Source of the DNA: an uncultured Acidobacteriota bacterium
Lineage (GTDB): Bacteria; Acidobacteriota; UBA6911; RPQK01; JAPXNP01
DNA: 64,000 nt
Assembly (NCBI GenBank): GCA_963777605.1
Contig: CAVZRV010000015.1
Span: 96,001 to 160,000, forward strand
Direction: 5' to 3'
Shown: in pieces, positions 1 through 8,989 of the stretch
How the letters are laid out: every line of letters begins with the position of its first letter
Position numbering within the stretch: position 1 is the first letter of the stretch
Notes under the pieces: model-generated
What the model was told of the DNA's origin: nothing
What the model saw: only the letters and a program-made list of their open reading frames with translations
Databases searched by the model: none
Program-made: the position numbers and the translations under genes

Positions 1-1
1 C

Positions 2-331
2 ACCGGTCCTCTGGGATCAACGGCGGCCGAAAGGCTCGGCACCCGTCCCGACTGGTGTGATCCCCAGCGAGCGTCCCGACGCATGGACGTCCGATCCATG
101 ATCGAACGAGGTGAGAAACCAGTTGGGCCGGTCCTCTCGGTCCTTCGCGGACTCCCCCCGGGTGGCATGTGCGAAGTCACCGCCCCGTTCTTCCCGGCCC
201 CCCTGGTCGACCTGGCGCGCGGGAAGGGTTTCCAGGCGTGGTGGGACCCGGCTCCGCATGATCCAGTCGTAGTCTACTTTCTGCGCGAAACCGATGGCGA
301 TCCCGACGCACTGCTCAGCCTGGAATCCTGA
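2..331 (+). CDS. C-terminal part of a DUF1858/DUF2249-type protein (5' end outside the window)
   Basis: The frame is open from the window start. The sequence RPDWCDP...MDVRSMIERGEKPVGPVL...APFFPAPLVD resembles the DUF2249-like C-terminal domain of these proteins. Confidence 0.6.
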   Translation, partial: TGPLGSTAAERLGTRPDWCDPQRASRRMDVRSMIERGEKPVGPVLSVLRGLPPGGMCEVTAPFFPAPLVDLARGKGFQAWWDPAPHDPVVVYFLRETDGDPDALLSLES

Positions 332-391
332 AATTCGGTTGCGGGCGACGAACCTGCCTGCGGTTTCTGAGAGAGACGATCGGGAACCGGC

Positions 392-1735
392 TCACTGCTT
401 GATCACGGTGCCGTCCGGCTTTCGGATGACGCCCCAACCGCCGTTGAGTCGCTCTCTTTCTCCCCGCTCACCATTGCCGAAGGGGTACTTTCGGGCGAGG
501 TTCTCGTCAACCTCGATCCCCCACCCCGGTTCTTCGCGGGGAAAGAGATAGCCGTTTTTCAACTCCGGGCACCCCTGAAACACCTCCTGGGCGAGATCCG
601 AGAACCGGTGGCTCTCCTGAATTCCGAAGTTGTAACAGGCCAGGTCGAGAGCCAGGTTGGCCGCATGACCGATGGGCGAAACGTCACCAGGACCGTGCCA
701 GGCCGTGCGCACTCCCATCAACTCTCCCATGGCTGCCATCTTGCGGCAAGGCGTAATACCGCCGGCCTCGGACAGGTGAACCCGAATGAAGTCGATCAGC
801 CGTTCGGCGATGAGCGGCGTCCACTCGTGAGGGCTGTTGAAGAGTTCCCCCATGGCAATGGGAGTCGAACTCTGTTGCCGGATGATCCGAAACCAGCCGA
901 TGTCTTCAGGAGAGAGAGGATCCTCGAGGAAGAAGAGCCGAAACTGCTCCACATCGCGGACGAACTGGAGGGCCATCGTCGGCGGAATCCGTTCGTGGAC
1001 ATCATGCAGCAGTTCGACTTCGTCTCCCAACTCCTTCCGGCAACGTTCGAGCAAGTCGAGCGCTCGTCGAACGTACGGTTGGGGCGCAAACACGGGGTCG
1101 TCATGAAGCTTTTCTATCGAGGCTTCCCCCCGACCGGCGCCGTATCCGGCCATCCCCGGGACGCCCACCTGAACGCGGACGTGCCGGAATCCCTCGGCCA
1201 TGAGGGCCCGCGCGTTCTCGATCACCTCGTCAATCTCGGCACCGCTGGCGTGGGCGTAGCAGTCTGCCGCCTCACGGCACTTCCCGCCCAGGAGTTGGTA
1301 GACAGGCATTCCCGCCCGCCGGCCGGCGATGTCCCATAATGCCATGTCAACACCGCTCAAAGCGTTATTCAAAACCGGCCCGTTTCGCCAATACGAACCA
1401 TTGTAGCAAAGCTGCCAGGTGTCCTCGATCCGGTCGGCGGGCCGGCCCAGCAGAAGAGGTTTCAGGTATCGCTCGACTGCCGGCCGGATCAGGTCGGCCC
1501 GCTGGGTGAACGTCGCACAGCCGTAGCCGTACAACCCGGGCTGATCAGTGGTGATCTTGACGACCGCCAGTCTCAGTCCCTCCGGAGCGGTCTCGATGAC
1601 CGAGATGTCCCGGATCTTCGGGGAGGGGGTTCCGGCCTGGACAGCCGCCTGGATGGATGCGGATCGGGTTGCAGAACCGGCAAGAGTTGCCAGTCCGCCC
1701 AACCCAAGAGTCTGTAGCACTGTTCTCCGTTTCAT
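392..1735 (-). CDS. Enolase-superfamily sugar-acid dehydratase (RspA/mannonate dehydratase-like) with a Tat-like signal
   Basis: Motifs YWRNGPV, GVDMALWDI, LLHDVHER, FFLEDP, MGELF and AWHGP. The N-terminus MKRRTVLQ is followed by a hydrophobic stretch. Start taken at ATG 1735. Confidence 0.88.
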   Translation of the reverse strand: MKRRTVLQTLGLGGLATLAGSATRSASIQAAVQAGTPSPKIRDISVIETAPEGLRLAVVKITTDQPGLYGYGCATFTQRADLIRPAVERYLKPLLLGRPADRIEDTWQLCYNGSYWRNGPVLNNALSGVDMALWDIAGRRAGMPVYQLLGGKCREAADCYAHASGAEIDEVIENARALMAEGFRHVRVQVGVPGMAGYGAGRGEASIEKLHDDPVFAPQPYVRRALDLLERCRKELGDEVELLHDVHERIPPTMALQFVRDVEQFRLFFLEDPLSPEDIGWFRIIRQQSSTPIAMGELFNSPHEWTPLIAERLIDFIRVHLSEAGGITPCRKMAAMGELMGVRTAWHGPGDVSPIGHAANLALDLACYNFGIQESHRFSDLAQEVFQGCPELKNGYLFPREEPGWGIEVDENLARKYPFGNGERGERERLNGGWGVIRKPDGTVIKQ

Positions 1736-1882
1736 GGGCCTCCTCAGCCCTATTCTCATCCCCGGCCGCAGGAATTGAAAGCCCCGACCGAACTAAAGAA
1801 ATCGCACTCCACCGTCGATAGATAGGCAGTTACAGGTGATAGACGCCCAGAGTTGGGCATCGGAAAGGGCACGATTCAGACC

Positions 1883-3253
1883 ATGGGATCTGTCAATATC
1901 GATCGCCTCATCGAGGTAGTCAATCTCGGAGGCACGGTTCGAACCGGGGCGGATATCTACAACTGCAAAGGGGTCCTCCTTCTGGAGAAAGATGTCCGGG
2001 TGGACAACCTCAGCCCACTGCTGGTGATCAAGAGGTACGGTGTTGGAACGGTTTCAATCGATGCCTCCCAAGGCGGTGGCATCTGGGACCACGAAGGGAG
2101 AGAGATCTCGGCAGCTACCCCCGAAAACGGGACCAACGGATCCGGAGCGGGCGGGAGACAACTGAACAGCCTGGAACAGAAGGTCGAAGAGATCTCCGAG
2201 ATGAAGCATGAAGCCGCCCAGCGCTACGAGGCGGCGAAGAACAATGTCAAGTCCGTCGTCGAACAGATCGCGAAGGACGACGGTCGCTTCGACTACGAAG
2301 TCGTCGATCAGACGGTTGGGGACCTGGTTTCATTCCTCGGCAGGAAGACCAACGCCTTCTCCTACCTCACTCACGAGATCTTTTCCTACGACCAATACCT
2401 GTTCAACCACTCAATCAACGTCTGCGTCATCGCCACGGCCGTGCTGCGCCGCTTCAACGATCACTTCGGAGACGCGATCAACCGGTTCCTGTCCTCACCG
2501 GCGGGCGCCGACTCGTCCAAAATATTCTCGTCCGATAAAGTCAACTTCATTTACTACCTCCCGGACGAAATCCACAGTATCGCGGTCGGCTACCTCCTGC
2601 ACGACGTCGGAAAGGTGATGGTCCCCGACGAAGTGCTGAATAAGAAAGGCCCCCTGACGGAAGAGGAGTACGAACTCGTCAAGCGCCACTCCTGGGAGTT
2701 TGGGGCTGAGGTCCTGCAGAAGAACGGGATCAACAATCCCTACATCGAGAACTCCGTCAAGTACCATCACGCACAGATCTATACGGGTGAATGTCGCTGC
2801 TATCCCGACGATCGACTCCCGATCGAAATCGCCCCTTACGTCAAAATCGGGAAACTGGCCGACATTTACGACGCGATGACCTCAAAGCGTTGTTACCACG
2901 AAGCCGTGAACCCGACCGAAGTCGTGACGGAGGTGTTTCGGGCGTACGCCAACAAGAACCGCTTGTTGCAGTTCCTGCTCTACTCATTTGTCAAAGTGAT
3001 CGGGATCTATCCTCCCGGCAGTGTGCTCTACCTCCGGAATGGTCAGATGGCCTACGTGCTCGACAGCGAAGGACCCCTGGTTCTTCCGATCAGCGACCAG
3101 GACGGGGGTCCCCTCAACGTCCCAGCCGACCCTGTCGACCTGATTGACTCGAAATCCCTCCCCGAAGATCTTGAGATTGATCGCCGGCGGTCTCTCAGAG
3201 ATCCCAAGGAGGTGTGGGATCTCCTGCCCGACTTCCTGCGCAAGATCGCCTGA
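1883..3253 (+). CDS. HD-GYP-type cyclic dinucleotide phosphodiesterase domain protein
   Basis: Motifs HSINV, LLHDVGK, KKGPLTEEEY, YHH...CYP and ADIYDAMTSKRCY. Confidence 0.85.
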   Translation: MGSVNIDRLIEVVNLGGTVRTGADIYNCKGVLLLEKDVRVDNLSPLLVIKRYGVGTVSIDASQGGGIWDHEGREISAATPENGTNGSGAGGRQLNSLEQKVEEISEMKHEAAQRYEAAKNNVKSVVEQIAKDDGRFDYEVVDQTVGDLVSFLGRKTNAFSYLTHEIFSYDQYLFNHSINVCVIATAVLRRFNDHFGDAINRFLSSPAGADSSKIFSSDKVNFIYYLPDEIHSIAVGYLLHDVGKVMVPDEVLNKKGPLTEEEYELVKRHSWEFGAEVLQKNGINNPYIENSVKYHHAQIYTGECRCYPDDRLPIEIAPYVKIGKLADIYDAMTSKRCYHEAVNPTEVVTEVFRAYANKNRLLQFLLYSFVKVIGIYPPGSVLYLRNGQMAYVLDSEGPLVLPISDQDGGPLNVPADPVDLIDSKSLPEDLEIDRRRSLRDPKEVWDLLPDFLRKIA

Positions 3254-3286
3254 GAAAGTGCCGTATCTCCCTCCTCTGGCACCGGA

Positions 3287-6200
3287 TCATTGACGGCAGG
3301 CCACCAATTCGAATTTACCGAAAAGGCCATAGGGTTTCAGGTCATAGCCCTCCCCGGGCGGTTGGACCTCGGGCGCTGTCTTGAAGCTCCAGGGGGTGAC
3401 GATGCCGTTTCCTTCGACGTTGTGGTGGGGACCCAGCTGGTTCGCCAGGCTTCCGAAGATGTCTACCTCCACCCGGTTTCGCCCCGGTCGGATCGCGTTG
3501 CTGACGTCCAGTTCGAACGGTGGCCAGCCAATTACACCAACAGACTCCCCATTGACCCTGACCGCAGCGACCGTGCCCTGCCACTCCGGGAGCCTGATGA
3601 AATAGCCGGTGTCGAACGTGTCGTGGATGTCAAAGTGACGAACATAGGACACTCCACCGGCATAGAAGGGCAGCCCCTGCCTGGCCCAGTCCCCGGTGTG
3701 CAGACGTCTGCTTCGACCCAGTTCCCAGCCTTGTTCCTTCGATGTGAGGCTGAAGTCTCCGATCAGGTAAACCGGAGCCAGTTCACAGTGAATGTTCATC
3801 GAATCGATCGAGAGTTCCAGGCGGTTGTCTCCCGGTTCAACGTATCCTCCAATGCGATAGACGCCAAACGAGCGGTCCAGCCACCAGTCTCCTTCCACCG
3901 GTTCCACCGGTTCACCATTGATCGAAACGGTCCAAAGTTCGGGACGCTCGACCACAGCTCTGAGATCGCCGGTGTCGACAGAACCGCCGATCGAGAAGTG
4001 GTAGGTCACCTTGAAGCCGGACCCTGTCGGGAATCGATTCCGATCGAGGATGTTGGTCCGGTACTGCGAGGAGGAGACCCAGGGATTCCCGTCAAAACCA
4101 AAATGGCGAAACAGGTTGTCTGAAGCCTTGTAGTAGTAGATGCCCCTTTCCGTCTGCCCGTCCAGTTCAAGATCGCAATAGTCAATCGTCAGCACGTTCT
4201 CTGAAAGCCTCTCGACTGAAGTTGGTCCACTCCATCCGGGAAGCGGGATCGGGGTTCGGCTGCGCCGGGACTCGAGTCCTTCAACCGGAGATTCGAGACA
4301 CAACAAGAGGAGACTTCCGGACGGCTGGAGTTCGAACCGCGTGGACACCGCTCGCCCATCCTGACTGGTCGCCCTCTCAAGGACCGTTCCGTTGAAGGAG
4401 TCCAGTTCGACTAACTGGGAACCCGGCAACGTAACCCGTCCCATCGCAACCTGGTTCGAACTCGAATTCACGACGAGAAGCACCTGTCCATCAGACAGCA
4501 GGCGTCTCTGATGGAAGACGAGTTCGGCCGGACCTTCGTCTATCTCGAGTCGGAATACCGGGTCGCTCAGACACTCGCGAACCGGCTCGTCCGCAACCGA
4601 TTGAACCAGAACCCACCGCTCGAGGTAACGGCCGGACAAATCCACCATTCGGTTGGAAAAAACACCATCAACGAAGGAAGGCGGATCGCCCAGAGCGACC
4701 ACTTTCCCGCCCGCCCGCACAAACTCCTCAATCAGGAGTGCTGTCGAGGTTTCGAGATTCTCGAGCCCGGAGGGCAGAACAACGACTTGGTATTCCCGCT
4801 TCCCGACCTGGAGCCGTCCGTCACTGGCCGATCCGAACTCCCGCATTATGCGCTCGCTTCCCAGGTCGTACTCGATGTGCAGGCGCTCCAATTCTCCCAA
4901 CACGGATCGGAAGGAACGGTCAATCTCCTCGAACCGCGTACTCGCCACGCCGGGGGCGGCATAAAGCCAGGCCGTCGTTGTGGGTTCGAGAACGAGGATC
5001 CGGTTCACCTGTTTGCCGGAGGACAGAACCAGTGAAAGCCGGGCATAGTAATCCGCAAGCGTCCGGTAAAAGGGCCACCAGGGCTCGTGATAGGAGAAGG
5101 ACTGAGGGAAATCGTGCTTGCGGTCGCCTTTCAGTGTCATGTACGAGAGGTGCTGGTTCATCAGGTTCACCCCGAGGGCGTACTCCCAGTCTCCGAGACG
5201 CTTCATGTCCTGAAATCGCAGTTCCCATCCCGCCGCACCATAGGTCTCACTCAGCGTCCGGGACCGTCCCAGTTGATTGGCGACGCTGGCCAGTTCTCGA
5301 ACCGCGCGGATGTTCCCAAATTGAGGACCCGCCAGGTCGAAGGTATTGAAGAGCATGTCGATCCCGGGCACCTGTTGCCATGCCGACATCGCCATGCTGT
5401 CGGGACCCTGGTAAGGCTTTGGCCACTCGTGTTCCCAGTAGTGCCCGGTCCAGGAAATTCCATGCGTTTCGCAGTAGGAATACCAGGGCTTGGCCCAACG
5501 TTCGATGAAAAGATCGAGAAGGGTTTCGTAATAATCGTGACGAGCACGCCGAAAATCACCAACTTCCTCGAAGAGGAGCGGAAGCAACGGTCTCAGATCG
5601 TACCCCTGCCTTTTCTCAAATTCGGCAAAAAGATCGGGTGTCCAGCGAATCGCCCGTTTCCGATCAGGTGGCTCGATGTGTGGCTCGTCGGTGAAAATTC
5701 CTGGGACCAGCCTTCCAAAGTCGTTCCCGATGCTTTCCTCGTAGCCGGTCATGGTCAGTTCAATGAACTTCTCGGTAACCCCCGGCAGGAGCAGGTCCAC
5801 GTATGAAAAACCGCCGTACCATTTTGACGGTTCATAGTGGATCTTCCGAAAGACCCTGACCTCAGCCCCGGACTGGGATTCGGCCGGGTTGACGATCCGG
5901 TAACCATTGGCCGTCGTCACCAGGACCAGTGCGACGTCACTCATATCCGTGGACTCGAGTTCGCCAACCGTTTCCATGACCAACCCCTGGCCCTGGTTGA
6001 CCGACTCCGGCATTTCCGCCGGCACGTGCCCGCCTGCAAAGCCGCTCGGGAAGGAATTCTCGTCGTAAAGCCAAATCTTCAACCCGAGTTCTCTCGCCCG
6101 GACAACCGAATACTTCACCAGTTCGAACCAGCGCGGAGAAAGGTACTCGGTGATCAACCCGTACCGCGGGTGGATGAAGACCGCCCCGAAACCCTTTTCT

Positions 6201-6412
6201 TTGAAATCAAGCAACTGCCGCTCTATTTCTTCCCTGGAAACGTCGTCGTTCCACACCCAGAAGGGGACAGTCCGAAAATCGGCAGGTGGATTTCGAAACT
6301 GCTCCATCAGATCCCGACAGGACATCGGAACAGGAGTCTCCGTACTCGCTCCGCCCACCGTCGTCAGCAAGGCGACGAACAGACTCAATGCGGCCAAGCG
6401 GTTTCTCGTCAT
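3287..6412 (-). CDS. Secreted glycoside hydrolase, GH106 (alpha-L-rhamnosidase)-like, with a C-terminal beta-sandwich
   Basis: Motifs PFWVWND, WLYDENSFPSGFAGG, IFTDEP and SETYG. GGAGG lies 7 nt before ATG 6412, followed by a signal peptide. Confidence 0.8.
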   Translation of the reverse strand: MTRNRLAALSLFVALLTTVGGASTETPVPMSCRDLMEQFRNPPADFRTVPFWVWNDDVSREEIERQLLDFKEKGFGAVFIHPRYGLITEYLSPRWFELVKYSVVRARELGLKIWLYDENSFPSGFAGGHVPAEMPESVNQGQGLVMETVGELESTDMSDVALVLVTTANGYRIVNPAESQSGAEVRVFRKIHYEPSKWYGGFSYVDLLLPGVTEKFIELTMTGYEESIGNDFGRLVPGIFTDEPHIEPPDRKRAIRWTPDLFAEFEKRQGYDLRPLLPLLFEEVGDFRRARHDYYETLLDLFIERWAKPWYSYCETHGISWTGHYWEHEWPKPYQGPDSMAMSAWQQVPGIDMLFNTFDLAGPQFGNIRAVRELASVANQLGRSRTLSETYGAAGWELRFQDMKRLGDWEYALGVNLMNQHLSYMTLKGDRKHDFPQSFSYHEPWWPFYRTLADYYARLSLVLSSGKQVNRILVLEPTTTAWLYAAPGVASTRFEEIDRSFRSVLGELERLHIEYDLGSERIMREFGSASDGRLQVGKREYQVVVLPSGLENLETSTALLIEEFVRAGGKVVALGDPPSFVDGVFSNRMVDLSGRYLERWVLVQSVADEPVRECLSDPVFRLEIDEGPAELVFHQRRLLSDGQVLLVVNSSSNQVAMGRVTLPGSQLVELDSFNGTVLERATSQDGRAVSTRFELQPSGSLLLLCLESPVEGLESRRSRTPIPLPGWSGPTSVERLSENVLTIDYCDLELDGQTERGIYYYKASDNLFRHFGFDGNPWVSSSQYRTNILDRNRFPTGSGFKVTYHFSIGGSVDTGDLRAVVERPELWTVSINGEPVEPVEGDWWLDRSFGVYRIGGYVEPGDNRLELSIDSMNIHCELAPVYLIGDFSLTSKEQGWELGRSRRLHTGDWARQGLPFYAGGVSYVRHFDIHDTFDTGYFIRLPEWQGTVAAVRVNGESVGVIGWPPFELDVSNAIRPGRNRVEVDIFGSLANQLGPHHNVEGNGIVTPWSFKTAPEVQPPGEGYDLKPYGLFGKFELVACRQ

Positions 6413-6600
6413 CTTAGACCCTCCAGGTCCCCAATGAGACATCTTCATAACTCCCGGACTATTGTCGTTCAACAAGCCTCCTGAAAAAACTTCGGGCGGA
6501 GACAGGAGAATCGCATTCCACTGTTGGTGGCTGAATTGTGTTACCGTTCCTGGTAATTACCCGAATCTCACCCATGTGATTCCATGAGGAGGCGTTGGAG

Positions 6601-7236
6601 ATGTCAAGACGAACTGGTGTTCTGGGTTTCGTGTCGTTGTGTCTATTGACGGTGGCGACGTCCACCCTGCCCGCCCAGCAGGCGGCCCCCCGGGAGGCCG
6701 TTTCGGCTCAGGTCGGCGGAGCCAAAGTTTCGGTCGAATACGGGCGCCCGTCCTTGAAAGGACGGAGCGTATCGGACCTATTGGGCGGTTTGCCCGAAGA
6801 TCGGATGTGGCGTGCCGGATCGGAACAGATCACGACCCTCACGACCGAGGCGCCGATCATGATCGGGAGTGCCTCGGTTCCTGCGGGCAAGTACTCGGTC
6901 TACGTGCATTGCCCCCAGTCGGGCCCCTACTCCCTGGTTCTCAACAAGGTCCTGGGCCAGCCGCTGAAGAACATCTTCGCGGCGGCTCCGCCGCAACTGG
7001 CCAACGAGCCCTGGCCTCACTTCAAGTACACCTCAGAAATCGGAAAGCAGGAAGTGGCCCGGGTAGCAATGGCAAGCTCAAAGTCCTCTGCCCCGGTGGA
7101 TCTCTTCACCATCGCGCTGAAGCCGGCATCGAGTGGGGCAAACCTGGTCATGAGCTGGGGCACCGAGGTCTGGACCGTTCCCCTAAAACCAGGCGGCAAA
7201 TCGATGCCCATGTCGGAAGGCTCGGATCGCCGCTGA
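6601..7236 (+). CDS. DUF2911 domain-containing secreted protein
   Basis: Signal peptide, VEYGRPSLKGR, WRAG and VPAGKYS motifs; GAGGAGG ribosome-binding site. Confidence 0.8.
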   Translation: MSRRTGVLGFVSLCLLTVATSTLPAQQAAPREAVSAQVGGAKVSVEYGRPSLKGRSVSDLLGGLPEDRMWRAGSEQITTLTTEAPIMIGSASVPAGKYSVYVHCPQSGPYSLVLNKVLGQPLKNIFAAAPPQLANEPWPHFKYTSEIGKQEVARVAMASSKSSAPVDLFTIALKPASSGANLVMSWGTEVWTVPLKPGGKSMPMSEGSDRR

Positions 7237-7269
7237 CCCTTTGGATGAACTTGAGGGACTGGCGGGGAT

Positions 7270-7385
7270 GGTAGGCACTATACTCCAGGCAGCCCTGCCC
7301 GGCGCTAGCCCGGAACCGAGAGCAACGGCCTCCCGGGGCTGGAAGCCCGGGGGGACCTCCCAGGCTGGGAAGCCTGGACTACTTT
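7270..7385. repeat. REP-like GC-rich palindromic cluster
   Basis: Short hairpins such as CCCGGGGCTGGAAGCCCGGG and CCAGGCTGGGAAGCCTGG in intergenic DNA. Confidence 0.45.
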
Positions 7386-7515
7386 GGGCGCCAATAAAGC
7401 CGGAAAACCGCGAGCAAATCAGGATGAGAGTGTTCTCCAGGGGTCAGATCGTTTAGAATCCGCCGGAGTCCCAAGGTAACCCAGTGACCGGTCTGACCGG
7501 AGAAAGGCACCGAGG

Positions 7516-8904
7516 ATGGCGGCGGAAAGCGGCAAGAGCGTCCAACTCAAGCGGGTCCTTCGATTGCGGGACCTGGTGATCTACGGGATCATCCTGATCC
7601 AACCGGTGGCCGCGCTTCCACTGTTCGGGCACGCCAACGAGATTTCCCGGGGCCACGCGGTCACGACAATAGCCCTGTCCATGCTGGCCATGTTGTTCAC
7701 CGCTGTCAGCTATGGGCGCATGGCGGCGCGCTATCCGGCCGCGGGTTCGGCTTACACCTACGTGGGGAAGGAGCTGAGTCCGCACCTCGGCTTCGTGGCC
7801 GGTTGGTGCATGTTCATGGACTACCTGCTGGTCCCGATCCTCTGTGTGATCTTCACCTCGATTGCCGCTCACCACCTGATGCCCCTTGTTCCCTACTCGA
7901 TCTGGGTACTGGGTTTCGCCGCGGGGTTCACAATTCTAAACCTGCGAGGAATCAGGGTAACCGCCCGTGCCAACTGGATCCTGATGATCTTCATGAGCGC
8001 AGTCGTGTTTTACTTCATGGGTGCCGCTGCCCGGTTTGTGCTCGTCGAGCGGGGCGTCTCGGGCCTCTTCACCACCCAACCCTTCTACGACGCGGCGACC
8101 TTCGAGTGGAGTGCGGTCTGGTCCGGGACCGCGCTGGCCGCACTGACTTACATTGGGTTCGATGGCTTGACGACCCTTTCGGAGGAGGTGGAAAATCCAC
8201 GCCGCAACGTCATGATCGCCGCCGTGCTGACCTGCCTGATCACCGGGATCTGGAGCGGCGCCCAAGTCTACCTGGCGCAGGTGGCCTGGCCCGACTGGCA
8301 GTCGATGACGGCCGGGATCACCGACGAGGCCGCGCGGATCAACGCTCTCGACACCGCCATCATTGTCGTGGCAAAGCGTATCGGGGGAGAACTCCTCGAT
8401 CACGTCCTTGCGTTCACATTGATTTTGGGAAGTGTCGGCTCGGGCGTGACCGCACAGGTCGGGGCCGCGCGACTGCTCTACGGGATGGGACGAGACCAGG
8501 TTCTTCCCGGACGATTCTTCGGGCACCTGGACCCCAGGACCGCGAACCCCTCTTACAACCTTTGGCTGATCGGCATCCTTGCCCTCGGGGGCGCTCTCGC
8601 ACTCAACTACGAGGAATGTGCACGGCTGATCAACTTTGGGGCTTTCCTGGCCTTCATGGGAGTGAACCTGGCTTCTCTCCGGGCCGGCTTCTTCGGTGCA
8701 ACTCAGAAAAACGCCCGGGGTTTCTTTCTCCACTTTCTGCCTCCCGCCATCGGGTTGGTTTTCTCTCTGGTGATCTGGCTCAGCCTGCCCCTGAAGACCT
8801 TCGTGGTCGGGGGAATCTGGATGGCGGCCGGAGTCGCTTACCTGGCCGTCCGAACCCGGGGCTTCCGCCGCCAGATCGAAATGACCGCCTTCTTCGAAGG
8901 CTAG
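7516..8904 (+). CDS. APC family amino acid/polyamine permease (PuuP/PlaP-like)
   Basis: About 12 hydrophobic segments; motifs SYGRMA.RYP.AGSAYTY, YIGFDG.TTLSEE and ARLLYGMGRD. Confidence 0.9.
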   Translation: MAAESGKSVQLKRVLRLRDLVIYGIILIQPVAALPLFGHANEISRGHAVTTIALSMLAMLFTAVSYGRMAARYPAAGSAYTYVGKELSPHLGFVAGWCMFMDYLLVPILCVIFTSIAAHHLMPLVPYSIWVLGFAAGFTILNLRGIRVTARANWILMIFMSAVVFYFMGAAARFVLVERGVSGLFTTQPFYDAATFEWSAVWSGTALAALTYIGFDGLTTLSEEVENPRRNVMIAAVLTCLITGIWSGAQVYLAQVAWPDWQSMTAGITDEAARINALDTAIIVVAKRIGGELLDHVLAFTLILGSVGSGVTAQVGAARLLYGMGRDQVLPGRFFGHLDPRTANPSYNLWLIGILALGGALALNYEECARLINFGAFLAFMGVNLASLRAGFFGATQKNARGFFLHFLPPAIGLVFSLVIWLSLPLKTFVVGGIWMAAGVAYLAVRTRGFRRQIEMTAFFEG

Positions 8905-8989
8905 CGGTCCGTATTTTGGGAACGGACCACTGGTGTCTTGAGCCAGGCGCACTTGCTTATTGGGCCGAATCTGAGAAAGATAGTGTCCC

